Assembly: GCA_028715785.1 (NCBI GenBank)
Contig: JAQURC010000003.1
Span: 91,423-155,422 of the forward strand
Direction: 5' to 3'
Length of the DNA stretch: 64,000 nucleotides
DNA from: Candidatus Omnitrophota bacterium
GTDB lineage: Bacteria > Omnitrophota > Gorgyraeia > Gygaellales > Profunditerraquicolaceae
Part shown: positions 48,404 through 57,684 of the stretch, in pieces
Position numbering within the stretch: the first letter of the stretch is position 1
Layout: every line of letters starts with the position of its first letter
The notes under the pieces: model-generated
What the model was told of the DNA's origin: nothing
The model's database searches: none
Seen by the model: the letters and a program-made list of their open reading frames with translations, nothing else
Translations under genes and position numbers: made by a program

Positions 48404-49559
48404 CTTCCAGTATTCCTATTGCCTTATCTATCTCTTTTTTTGTTACATTTAACGCCGGCATCAACCTTAAGACTTTATCATGCGTGCAATTGATTAACAA
48501 ACCCTGGAGCATACATTTCTCTACGATTGGCTTCCCTTCAACGGCCAATTCCACTCCCAGCATCAACCCCATGCCCCTTATTTCTTTGATCACCGCAAAG
48601 GAGTTTTTTAGAAGCTTTAATTTTTCCAAAAGATACTCCCCCATATTTTGGCAATTTTTCAAAATTTTTTCTTTCTGCATCGCCTTAAAAACCCCTAAAG
48701 CCGCCCGGCAAATCACCGGGCCGCCGCCAAAAGTAGAGGCGTGCATACCCGGGGCCAAAAGATCGCTCAAATCTCTTCTGGCAATCATGGCGCCAATCGG
48801 CAGGCCTCCGCCTAAAGCCTTAGCCAAAGTCATAATATCGGGAGTTATGCCATAATGCTGATAGCCGAACATCTTGGCTGTCCTGCCGATACCGGTCTGC
48901 ACCTCATCAATGATCAAAAGTAGATTCTTCTCATCGCATAATTTTCTAAGCGCCAAAACAAAATCTTTATCGGCGACATTTACTCCGCCTTCCCCCTGGA
49001 TAAGTTCAAGCATAACCGCAACCGTCTTCTCCGTAAGCGCCTGCTTGACCGCGTTTATATCATTGAACTTAACCTGCTTAAAACCCTCCGGCATCGGCTC
49101 AAAACCAGCCTGATATTTTTTCTGGCCGGTAGCGGCCAAGGCGGCTAAGGTCCTGCCGTGAAAGGCATTTTCAAAAGTGATTATCTCATACCTGCCTTTA
49201 CCGAATTTTCTGGCCAGCTTAATCGCTCCCTCGTTGGCCTCTGCTCCGGAGTTGGCAAAAAAGACCTTCCCCGGAAAACTCAAATAGATCAACTCTTTGG
49301 CTAACTTTGCCTGGAAAGGATGATAATAATTATTCGGCACAAAGATCAGTTTGCTGATCTGATCCCGCACGCCCTGCATTACTTTAGGATGACAATGCCC
49401 CAGGTTACCCACCCCCCAACCCGGAAAAAAATCCAGATAGGCCCTTCCGTTAATATCCCAAAGCCGCGAACCCTTGCCCTTGACAAATACCAGCGGCACC
49501 TTGCTATAGGTGGGCATGATGTTTTCTTTATAAACCTGAAAGATCTCTTCTACTTTCAT
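48366..49559 (-). CDS. argD: Acetylornithine aminotransferase
   Basis: Class III aminotransferase. The last 11 aa (VIASEAKQSCF) are encoded by repeat A3. Confidence 0.9.
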   Translation of the reverse strand: MKVEEIFQVYKENIMPTYSKVPLVFVKGKGSRLWDINGRAYLDFFPGWGVGNLGHCHPKVMQGVRDQISKLIFVPNNYYHPFQAKLAKELIYLSFPGKVFFANSGAEANEGAIKLARKFGKGRYEIITFENAFHGRTLAALAATGQKKYQAGFEPMPEGFKQVKFNDINAVKQALTEKTVAVMLELIQGEGGVNVADKDFVLALRKLCDEKNLLLIIDEVQTGIGRTAKMFGYQHYGITPDIMTLAKALGGGLPIGAMIARRDLSDLLAPGMHASTFGGGPVICRAALGVFKAMQKEKILKNCQNMGEYLLEKLKLLKNSFAVIKEIRGMGLMLGVELAVEGKPIVEKCMLQGLLINCTHDKVLRLMPALNVTKKEIDKAIGILEGVIASEAKQSCF

Positions 49560-50410
49560 TTTATGATTTCCGTGCCGATACCATGGTCGGTAAAAATCTC
49601 GATTAAAAGGCCATGGGGGGTGCGCGCGTCAATAATATGCGTTTTCTTTACTCCGCCGTTTAACGCCTCAACGCAGGCCATGACCTTAGGGATCATCCCC
49701 TGCTGGATAACTTTGTTTTCGATCAATCCGTTTACCTCTTCAACCGTCAGAGTAGAAATAAAGGAATGCGGATCATCGGCATTGCGCATGATCCCCCTGA
49801 CATTGGTCAATAAGACCAGCTTCTCTGCCTGCATATTTGCGGCAATACTGGCAGCTGCTTCATCGGCATTTACATTATAAGTTTTTTTATCCTTGCCGCG
49901 GCCCATGGGCAAAACTACGGCTACCTTATCTTTTTTCAGTTCTCCGTTCAACAAATGCGTATTTATGCCTTTGACCTGCCCCACCAAACCGATATCGACT
50001 TTAGCCTTTTTCTTTTCAACCTGGATCAAATCGTCATCCTTGCCGTTTAAACCGACAGCCTTTGCTCCTAAGGCATCAAGTTCTTTGACGATCAATCCAT
50101 TCAGCACTAATAATTCTTCTTCCACTAATTTTAAGGTTTCTGCGTCGGTAACCCGCATTCCCTCCACAAACTCTGTTTTCTTACCGGATGCGCGCATACG
50201 CTCGCTGATATTCGGGCCGCCTCCGTGCACAAGCACCGGCCGCAACCCCATAAAATTCAAAAAGACGATATCCTCTAAAACACCGCTGCGGATTTTTTCA
50301 TCTCCCAGGATGCTTCCGCCGTATTTAATCACAATTACCTTTTTATGGAACCTCTTTATATAAGGCAATGCTTCAATTAGAACATCTGCTTTTCTGATTG
50401 CGTCTTTCAT
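49556..50410 (-). CDS. argB: Acetylglutamate kinase
   Basis: AAK family. Confidence 0.9.
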   Translation of the reverse strand: MKDAIRKADVLIEALPYIKRFHKKVIVIKYGGSILGDEKIRSGVLEDIVFLNFMGLRPVLVHGGGPNISERMRASGKKTEFVEGMRVTDAETLKLVEEELLVLNGLIVKELDALGAKAVGLNGKDDDLIQVEKKKAKVDIGLVGQVKGINTHLLNGELKKDKVAVVLPMGRGKDKKTYNVNADEAAASIAANMQAEKLVLLTNVRGIMRNADDPHSFISTLTVEEVNGLIENKVIQQGMIPKVMACVEALNGGVKKTHIIDARTPHGLLIEIFTDHGIGTEIIK

Positions 50411-50423
50411 CGGCCCTTTTCCT

Positions 50424-51560
50424 TTAGTTGTAAGCGGCGTTGATCTTTATATATTCCGGAGTAAGATCGGAAGTAAAAACCGTGCACCTGGCTTTGCCCC
50501 GGGATAAGCTCACCCAAACTTTTACGTGTTTTGCCTTTAACGAACCCAGCTTTATTTTCAACTGATGCTCTTTAATATTAAAACCGCTGGCGCCGACTGC
50601 GGCAGCTACCCGGCCAAAATTTGGGTTCCGGCCAAAAACAGCAGTTTTAAAAAGCGTTGAGTTGGCGATATTTAAAGCTACTTTTTTTGCCTCATGCCAA
50701 TCCTTTGCCCGGCAAACTTCAATCTGGATAAATTTAGTAGCTCCCTCGGCATCCAAAATTATCATCTTAGCCAGTTCAAAACAAATTAATTCCAAAGCCT
50801 TGGAAAAAACCTGTAAATCTTTACCGGCAGAAACAGTTTTATTGCCCGCAGCCCCATTGGCTAAAACTAACACCGTATCATTTGTGCTCATACAACCATC
50901 AACAGAAATACAGTTAAAAGTTCTATCCACGGCAGATACCAGTGATTTATCTAAAGCCTTTTTAGCGATCGAAGCATCGGTCATAACAAAACAAAGCATA
51001 GTTGCCATATCCGGGGCAATCATCCCTGCGCCTTTGGCGATCCCGCAAATATGCACCGGCTTGCCGGCAATCCTTATGCTTAAGCTGATTTCTTTAGCAA
51101 AGGTATCCGTGGTCATAATCGCTTTTTTTGCCTTATCGATACCGGAACAAGACAACCCGCTGACTAGCTCATCAATACCCCGCTTGATTTTTCCAACATC
51201 CAGCCTTTTACCGATAATCCCCGTAGAATTAACCAAAATACTGCTTTTTGCGATTTTTAATCTTTCGGCCACATATCCGACGGAAACTTGGGCATCTTTA
51301 ATCCCGGCTTTACCGGTAAAACAATTCGCATTGCCGCTATTAATCAAAACAGCCTGAAATCTCTTGGCGGATTTTAAGTGCGTTTTAGAAACTACCAGCG
51401 GCGCGGCAATAATACTGTTGGTGGTGAATTTCGCGCTGGCTACGGCCGGATACTCGGAATAAAGCAATGCCAAATCCAGCTTGCCGGACTTCTTTAATCC
51501 GCAAGCGATGCCATTTGCCTTAAATCCCGCGGGTAAAATTGCTTTTAAAACCTTCTTCAT
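50424..51560 (-). CDS. argJ: Bifunctional ornithine acetyltransferase / N-acetylglutamate synthase
   Basis: ArgJ with the autocatalytic ATML-like site (TMLCFV). Confidence 0.9.
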   Translation of the reverse strand: MKKVLKAILPAGFKANGIACGLKKSGKLDLALLYSEYPAVASAKFTTNSIIAAPLVVSKTHLKSAKRFQAVLINSGNANCFTGKAGIKDAQVSVGYVAERLKIAKSSILVNSTGIIGKRLDVGKIKRGIDELVSGLSCSGIDKAKKAIMTTDTFAKEISLSIRIAGKPVHICGIAKGAGMIAPDMATMLCFVMTDASIAKKALDKSLVSAVDRTFNCISVDGCMSTNDTVLVLANGAAGNKTVSAGKDLQVFSKALELICFELAKMIILDAEGATKFIQIEVCRAKDWHEAKKVALNIANSTLFKTAVFGRNPNFGRVAAAVGASGFNIKEHQLKIKLGSLKAKHVKVWVSLSRGKARCTVFTSDLTPEYIKINAAYN

Positions 51561-52591
51561 AATAATCCGGCCGTCTCAGGCAGCTTATACATAATATTCA
51601 TATTCTGCACTGCTTGGGCTGAAGCGCCTTTTAATAAATTATCAATCGCGCAGATGACAATAATTGTTTTACCGAAATCCTTGACTCCGATGTCGCAAAA
51701 ATTAGTCTTGACCACATCCTTGATCCGGGGAAAAATACCGTCCGGCTTGATCCGGATAAACGGTTCATTCTTATAGAATTTTTTATATAATTCTACTACA
51801 CTGCCTACTTTAAGTTTTGCCCCCGGGGCCTTCTTAAGATAAATCGTCGCAAGTATCCCTCTTTCGATAGGCAGAAGATGCGGCACGAATACCACGCTAA
51901 TCTTTTTTCCGGCCAGCTTAGAAAGAGTCTGGTTTATTTCCGGTGAATGCTGGTGCACATTAACTTTATAAGCCCGGAAATCTCCCTGTATTTCAGAAAA
52001 TAAATATTCTTTCTCCAGCTTTTTGCCCGCACCGCTCACTCCGGATTTAGCGTCGATAATAATCGAATCCGTATCGACTAAATTTACCGCCAATAGCGGG
52101 GCAAGCCCAAGAATCGCCGAAGTGGGATAACATCCGGGATTGGCCAGAAGCTTTGCGGTTTTGATCTTTGCCCTGTTTAATTCCGGCAGCCCATAAATGG
52201 CCTCTTTTAAATTGGCCTTATCCTGATGGCTTATCTTATAAAATTCTTCATAAATCGTCGGGTTTTTAATCCTATAGTCGGCGCTTAAATCAACAACCCT
52301 CTTGCCTAAACTTAAAAGTTTGGGCGCAAATTTCATGGATATAGTATGCGGCAGGGCCAAAAAAACCAGGTCGCAATCTTTCTTAATTTGGGCCCAATCC
52401 GGTTTTATGCAAACCAGATCCAGCCTCTTCTTGAATTTCGGAAAAACATCGGAAATAACGCAAGCCCCCTGGCCGCTCTTTCCGCTATTGTAAAGGCGGG
52501 TGATCTTAACATTGGGATGGCCAAGCAAAAGTTCAATCAGGACCTCTCCGGTATGGCCGGTGGCTCCGATTATTCCAACATTGATAATCAT
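51557..52591 (-). CDS. argC: N-acetyl-gamma-glutamyl-phosphate reductase
   Basis: GATGHTG motif and an active-site Cys. Confidence 0.9.
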   Translation of the reverse strand: MIINVGIIGATGHTGEVLIELLLGHPNVKITRLYNSGKSGQGACVISDVFPKFKKRLDLVCIKPDWAQIKKDCDLVFLALPHTISMKFAPKLLSLGKRVVDLSADYRIKNPTIYEEFYKISHQDKANLKEAIYGLPELNRAKIKTAKLLANPGCYPTSAILGLAPLLAVNLVDTDSIIIDAKSGVSGAGKKLEKEYLFSEIQGDFRAYKVNVHQHSPEINQTLSKLAGKKISVVFVPHLLPIERGILATIYLKKAPGAKLKVGSVVELYKKFYKNEPFIRIKPDGIFPRIKDVVKTNFCDIGVKDFGKTIIVICAIDNLLKGASAQAVQNMNIMYKLPETAGLL

Positions 52592-52672
52592 TGGACTCTC
52601 CTCATATTTTAATCATCTTAGAATAAAATCAATCTTCCGTCAAGGTTTTTTCTCGACGGAATAGGCTATAAC

Positions 52673-52841
52673 TTATGCGGGTCCTGTCGAGCCTTGTCTC
52701 TCACCGCACCGCTTGCTCGCCCCAGCGTGGCGAGCTGCGCTTCGGCAAAAATTCTCGCTCTGCCGAGACATTTAGTGCGGGCAACCCTGCCCGCTCGAAT
52801 TTTTGAGATGCTGTTCGAGTCCAAGGCTCGCCACCCGCTAA
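52673..52841 (+). repeat. Family B structured intergenic repeat, copy B2
   Basis: Aligns with B1 and B3 along its whole length, with compensatory stem changes. Confidence 0.85.
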
Positions 52842-53092
52842 CAACATGCATAAATGGCACTGACAAGTTTCGCAGCGAATGTCGATTTTATGAATATCAT
52901 CAAGATTTCCGGCTTTTGCTGGAGGAGCATTAGAAATTTTTCGGCAGTTGTGTGCAAGGAGTTACGGCGAGTGCAGGCAATCTAATAATACGTAAGGAAC
53001 ACTGCGCTGCCGGAAGGAGCCGTAAACCGCAGCACACGGCGAAAAATTTCAGCGACGGAAGTAAAAGACGGAAATCGAAACGCCGCGTAAAC

Positions 53093-53126
53093 AAAAAATC
53101 CCGCTTCATCAGCGGGACTTTTTTAC
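53093..53126 (-). terminator. Rho-independent (bidirectional) terminator downstream of rpsI
   Basis: TCCCGCT-TCATC-AGCGGGA stem, with a T6 run on one side and an A6 run on the other. Confidence 0.7.
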
Positions 53127-53153
53127 AAACTTATATTTTAATCTACTTATCGC

Positions 53154-53549
53154 TTACCTCTTTGTCCACTGGAAGCGTTTACGCGCCCCTTTGAGCCCGT
53201 ATTTCTTACGCTCCTTCATCCGCGGATCACGCGTTAAATACCCGTTCTTACGGAATATTGCCTTAAAATTTTCATCCGCATTTAAAAGCGCGCGGGCAAT
53301 ACCCAAACGTAAAGCCCCAGCCTGGCCGGTCAATCCGCCGCCAGCAAGCCTGGCGGCAATATTAAATTTACCCGTGCTTTCCGTAAGCGCCAAAGGCTGT
53401 AAAACAATAATCCGGTCTGTTTCACGCAGGAAATATTTCTCAAAAGGCCGCCCGTTAACCGTAATCAAGCCGGTACCCGGCTCCATACGTACCCTGGCGG
53501 TTGATTCCTTGCGCCTGCCCAATGCTATATATTTAGTTGACTCGCTCAT
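53154..53549 (-). CDS. rpsI: 30S ribosomal protein S9
   Basis: C-terminal KYGLKGARKRFQWTKR. Confidence 0.95.
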   Translation of the reverse strand: MSESTKYIALGRRKESTARVRMEPGTGLITVNGRPFEKYFLRETDRIIVLQPLALTESTGKFNIAARLAGGGLTGQAGALRLGIARALLNADENFKAIFRKNGYLTRDPRMKERKKYGLKGARKRFQWTKR

Positions 53550-53986
53550 TATTTCCTGGCCTCCAAAACAACAGGCTTTATACCGGTTAAATCATGCTTA
53601 TCATCGGCAAAAACCCTTAATTTTTTAATTAAATCCCTTCCTAGCGGGCCTGAAGGCAGCATCCTCTGAACGGCTAACTGCATAACGGTAGCCGGCTTTT
53701 TAGCCAAAAGCACCTCCAGCTTTACTTCACGTAAGCCTCCCGGATACCCGGAATACCGGCGATAGACCTTCTGTTTAAGCTTTCGCCCGGTGACCTTAAT
53801 CTGGCTGGCATTGATCACAATTACCCCGTCACCGGTATCCAGATGCGGAGTAAAAATCGGCTTATGCTTGCCTCTTAAGATCGTGGCAATCCTGGCTGCC
53901 AGCCTTCCCAAAGTCTGGCCTTTGGCATCAGCAATATACCACTTCATTTTAATGTCTTCCGGTTTGGCTGTATATGTCTTTTTCAT
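53549..53986 (-). CDS. rplM: 50S ribosomal protein L13
   Basis: L13 family. Confidence 0.95.
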   Translation of the reverse strand: MKKTYTAKPEDIKMKWYIADAKGQTLGRLAARIATILRGKHKPIFTPHLDTGDGVIVINASQIKVTGRKLKQKVYRRYSGYPGGLREVKLEVLLAKKPATVMQLAVQRMLPSGPLGRDLIKKLRVFADDKHDLTGIKPVVLEARK

Positions 53987-53995
53987 AGAAAAATA

Positions 53996-54023
53996 AGTAT
54001 AACAGAATAATTTATAAAGTCAA
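53996..54023 (-). promoter_or_regulatory. Possible promoter TTGACT-16-TATACT directly upstream of rplM
   Basis: Read on the minus strand. There are only 9 nt between the -10 element and the ATG, so the mRNA would be near-leaderless. Confidence 0.3.
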
Positions 54024-54032
54024 ATAGATTTT

Positions 54033-54788
54033 TTAATACTTTACCTTGACTAAGCATAATCCTTTTGCCGGCAAAGTCGGCCCGGCAAGCGCACGGTCGC
54101 CTGATTTAAGGATCCTGCGCATACTCCCTTTTGGAAACCTTCCCCTGCCAATCTCTAATAAGGTCCCGGCAATATTTCTGACCATATTATACAAAAAACT
54201 GTCTGCTTCAATGTTAATATGCAAAAAATCTTTATCCTTAACAATCCTGATGCGTTTAACGGTACGCACAGGATTTCTCTGCCTGTCTTCGGCCGCCTGA
54301 AAAGCTTTGAAATTATGCCGGCCAAGAAGAAATTTGGCCTCACTGCGCATTAATCTTGCATCCAGAGGATGATAAAAGAAATATACCCTGCCTGCCGACA
54401 GAGGCGAAGAATATTTCCGATTCAGGATCGTATAACGATAGATCTTGGATTTGGCGCAGAACCGGCTGTTAAAATCCAAACCCACCTTTTGAATCCGGCT
54501 TACCTTTATATCTTCAGGCAGAAGGCAATTTATCGCCCAGCGCAATCTTGCCAGGGGTATTTTTGAGGAACTTTTAAAATTAGCAACCTGGGAAAGAGCG
54601 TGCACCCCTGAATCCGTGCGCCCGGCAACGATGAGCTTAATCTCTTCCTGAAGGATTTTTTTAAGAACCTGCTCTAAAACATGCTGGATGGTTTTGTTTG
54701 CCCGGTAAGTTACCTTTTTGCCGTTCTGCACCTGCCAGCCGTAATAATGCGTGCCGTCATACTCTATTTGGAGCTTGAAATTAGGCAT
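54033..54788 (-). CDS. truA: tRNA pseudouridine(38-40) synthase
   Basis: TruA catalytic Asp motif (GRTDSGVHA). Confidence 0.9.
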   Translation of the reverse strand: MPNFKLQIEYDGTHYYGWQVQNGKKVTYRANKTIQHVLEQVLKKILQEEIKLIVAGRTDSGVHALSQVANFKSSSKIPLARLRWAINCLLPEDIKVSRIQKVGLDFNSRFCAKSKIYRYTILNRKYSSPLSAGRVYFFYHPLDARLMRSEAKFLLGRHNFKAFQAAEDRQRNPVRTVKRIRIVKDKDFLHINIEADSFLYNMVRNIAGTLLEIGRGRFPKGSMRRILKSGDRALAGPTLPAKGLCLVKVKY

Positions 54789-55789
54789 TCAGCGATTTGC
54801 ACGGCATTTGTGGCAGCGCCTTTACGTAAATTATCCGCCACTACCCACAACCATAATCCCTTTTTATTAAAGGTATCCTGGCGGATGCGGCCGACAAAAG
54901 TCTCATCCTTGCCCTCGACATCCTTAGGCATAGGATATAAATTATTCTTAGGATCATCCATAACCACAACGCCCGCAGCCTTGGCTAAGATTTTCCTGGC
55001 TCCTTCGGCAGTTAAGGGCTTGGCAGTTTCAATATAAACCGATTCAGAATGCCCGGTCCTTACCGGAACACGCACGGTAGTTGCCGAAATTTTAATCTTT
55101 GGCGCGTGCATAATTTTGTGTGTTTCCTTGACCAGCTTCCACTCTTCATTGGTATAATCGCCCTCAACAAAACTGCCGATGTGCGGAAAACAATTATAAG
55201 CTAACTGCTGGGGCATAGCTTTATTTAGAACGCAAACTTTAACATTTTCAAATCCACCCTGGGCAATTAAACTCGATTCTTCTTTTAATTGCTCAACCGC
55301 CCCTTTTCCCGCCCCGCTGGAAGCCTGCAGAGTGGTAACGATAATTTTCTTAATCCCTACCTTCTTATGAATAGGATTCAAAGCTACCACCATCTGGATA
55401 GTCGAACAATTAGGATTAGCGATAATCCCTTTGTGTTTTTTAACATCATTAGGATTAACTTCCGGAACAACCAGGGGAACTTTTGGATCCATACGAAAAT
55501 CCGCGCCGTTATCAATAACCACAGCGCCTCTTTTTACCGCCTCAGGCGCGTAACTGACCGCGGCCCCCTTCTCGCCTTCGGTTCCGGCAAACAATGCGAT
55601 ATCGATTCCGTTGAAACCATCCGGAGTAATCGGCTCAACCGCATAAACCTGCCCATCGACATTGATATCGCGGGCAGAACGGGCAAAAACTTTTAAGGTG
55701 TTCACGGGAAAATTCCGCTGCTTTAAAACCCGCAGCATCTCAATCCCAACGACTCCTGCCCCGATTACCGCCACATTATATTTTTTCAT
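54764..55789 (-). CDS. asd: Aspartate-semialdehyde dehydrogenase
   Basis: N-terminal GAGVVG and an active-site Cys. Confidence 0.9.
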   Translation of the reverse strand: MKKYNVAVIGAGVVGIEMLRVLKQRNFPVNTLKVFARSARDINVDGQVYAVEPITPDGFNGIDIALFAGTEGEKGAAVSYAPEAVKRGAVVIDNGADFRMDPKVPLVVPEVNPNDVKKHKGIIANPNCSTIQMVVALNPIHKKVGIKKIIVTTLQASSGAGKGAVEQLKEESSLIAQGGFENVKVCVLNKAMPQQLAYNCFPHIGSFVEGDYTNEEWKLVKETHKIMHAPKIKISATTVRVPVRTGHSESVYIETAKPLTAEGARKILAKAAGVVVMDDPKNNLYPMPKDVEGKDETFVGRIRQDTFNKKGLWLWVVADNLRKGAATNAVQIAECLISSSK

Positions 55790-55812
55790 CTTTTATAACC
55801 TTTCTTCATTAC

Positions 55813-55968
55813 TTAGCGGGTCCTGCCGAGACTTGTTCTCGCCGCACCGCTTGCTCGCCCCAGCGTGGCTCGCTGCGCTTCGGTAAAATTCTCGCTCTCC
55901 GCCTTCGGCGGAACCGTGCCCGCTCGAATTTTAAGATGCCGCTCGAATCAAGTCTCGTCACCCGCTAG
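55813..55968 (+). repeat. Family B structured intergenic repeat, copy B3
   Basis: It lies between the leuB stop and the asd RBS. Confidence 0.85.
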
Positions 55969-55971
55969 AAA

Positions 55972-57030
55972 TTATAGATTCTTAACTACAAGATCGCCTA
56001 TCTCCGTTGTCGAATAACCCATTTTACCGGCAGCAAGTGATTTCAGTTTCTTGCTTACTAGTTCAATAACCGCATCCTCGATTGCCTTCCCAGCTTCAGT
56101 TTCTCCTAAGCTCTCGAGCATCATCCCTACTGCACAAATTGCTGCTAACGGGTTAATCACATTCTTACCGGTATATTTTGGCGCGCTTCCGCCGATAGGT
56201 TCAAACATCGAAACTCCCTGAGGATTAATATTTCCTCCGGCGGCTATTCCCATACCGCCCTGGATCATCGCCCCTAAATCCGTAATAATATCGCCGAACA
56301 TATTGTCCGTAACGATGACATCAAACCACTCGGGATTCTTTACGAACCACATCGTCGTGGCGTCAACATGGGCGTAATCCGTGGCCACATCCGGGTATTC
56401 TTTGGCTACTTCATTAAATGCGCGCTGCCAAAGGTCCCAGGCATAGGTCAAAACATTGGTTTTACCGCAAAGGGTCAGCTTTTTCCTTTTATTACGCTTG
56501 CGCGTGTACTCGAAAGCATAACGGATACAGCGCTCCACCCCTTTACGGGTATTATAGGAAATCTGGGTAGCCACTTCATTGGCCGTCCCTTTGTCTTTAA
56601 ACTCTCCCATACCTTTATATAGGCCTTCGGAGTTCTCGCGCACAACCACAAAATCAATATCTTCCGGCTTCTTGTCTTTAAGCGGGCAAAAATTGGAATT
56701 ATAAAGCTTGACCGGGCGCAGGTTAATATATTGATCCAGGGCAAATCTTAATTTAAGCAGCACGCCTGTTTCAATAATCCCGGGCTTTACATCCGGGTCA
56801 CCCACCGCGCCGAGGTAAATCGCGTTATATTTTTTTAATTCGGCAATATCGTTATCATCAACCAGTTTTCCGGTTTTTAAATATCTCCGGCCGCTGAAAT
56901 CAAAAGATTTTGTTTCATATTTAAAATTAAACTTCCGGGCAGCTGCCTGCAAAACTTTCAAACCCTCGTTAACTACCTCCGGGCCGGTCCCGTCGCCGGG
57001 GATTACCGCGATCCTATACATTTTGAGCAC
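55972..57030 (-). CDS. leuB: 3-isopropylmalate dehydrogenase
   Basis: IDH/IMDH family. Confidence 0.9.
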   Translation of the reverse strand: MLKMYRIAVIPGDGTGPEVVNEGLKVLQAAARKFNFKYETKSFDFSGRRYLKTGKLVDDNDIAELKKYNAIYLGAVGDPDVKPGIIETGVLLKLRFALDQYINLRPVKLYNSNFCPLKDKKPEDIDFVVVRENSEGLYKGMGEFKDKGTANEVATQISYNTRKGVERCIRYAFEYTRKRNKRKKLTLCGKTNVLTYAWDLWQRAFNEVAKEYPDVATDYAHVDATTMWFVKNPEWFDVIVTDNMFGDIITDLGAMIQGGMGIAAGGNINPQGVSMFEPIGGSAPKYTGKNVINPLAAICAVGMMLESLGETEAGKAIEDAVIELVSKKLKSLAAGKMGYSTTEIGDLVVKNL

Positions 57031-57063
57031 CTCTAAGTTTTTATCCAGCGAAATCCCGCGGAG

Positions 57064-57096
57064 TCTGTCAAAATTATCTTTGATAATTTTGACAGA
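57064..57096. repeat. Perfect inverted repeat TCTGTCAAAATTATC-TTT-GATAATTTTGACAGA
   Basis: 15-bp arms with a 3-nt spacer, in the leuD-leuB intergenic gap. Confidence 0.85.
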
Positions 57097-57098
57097 TA

Positions 57099-57596
57099 TT
57101 ACGAAGCGGGAGAAACCTTCTTTTTAATATAATTAATCAGGCCGCCGCTCTCAACAATCTGCTGCAAGAACTGCGGAAAAGCCTGCGTTTTATAATTTTT
57201 ATCCTGAGTTATATTCTTAATTATGCCAGTGGACAAATCGATTTCAATAATATCTCCGTCATTAATTTTATCCACATCCGTTGATTCTAAAAAAGGCAAG
57301 CCGATATTAATGGCATTTCGAAAAAATATGGCCGCAAAACTTTTGGCAATCACCGCGGCGATCCCGCACCCCTTAATCGCCAAAGGCGCATGCTCGCGGC
57401 TTGAACCGCAGCCAAAATTGTTTCCGGCAACAATTATATCTCCGGGGCTGACCTTTTGCGAAAAATCCGGGCTGATGGTTTCCATACAATGCCTGCCTAA
57501 TTCCTGCGCGTCGCCGGAAACCAGATATTTGGCCGCGATAATATCATCGGTATTTATATCATCGCTAAATTTATGGACTTTGCCTTTGATAATCAT
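57099..57596 (-). CDS. leuD: 3-isopropylmalate dehydratase small subunit
   Basis: LeuD family. Confidence 0.9.
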   Translation of the reverse strand: MIIKGKVHKFSDDINTDDIIAAKYLVSGDAQELGRHCMETISPDFSQKVSPGDIIVAGNNFGCGSSREHAPLAIKGCGIAAVIAKSFAAIFFRNAINIGLPFLESTDVDKINDGDIIEIDLSTGIIKNITQDKNYKTQAFPQFLQQIVESGGLINYIKKKVSPAS

Positions 57597-57609
57597 AGTA
57601 AATAAATTT

Positions 57610-57684
57610 GTGTCATTGCGAGCCCGCAGGGCGAAGCAATCCCGCTTTTAAGATTGCTTCGTCGCTTTGCTCCTCGCAATGACA
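57610..57684. repeat. Family A palindromic intergenic repeat, copy A4
   Basis: The leuC stop lies in its loop. Confidence 0.85.

Noticed and set aside
52666-52933. ORFs inside repeat B2 (52666-52866 minus, 52694-52933 plus) and ORFs 9789-9971 and 9877-10077 over repeat A2
   Set aside because: These are Arg/Ala-rich translations of GC-rich palindromic repeat DNA. There is no start context, and the same sequence recurs non-codingly in B1, B3 and other A copies.
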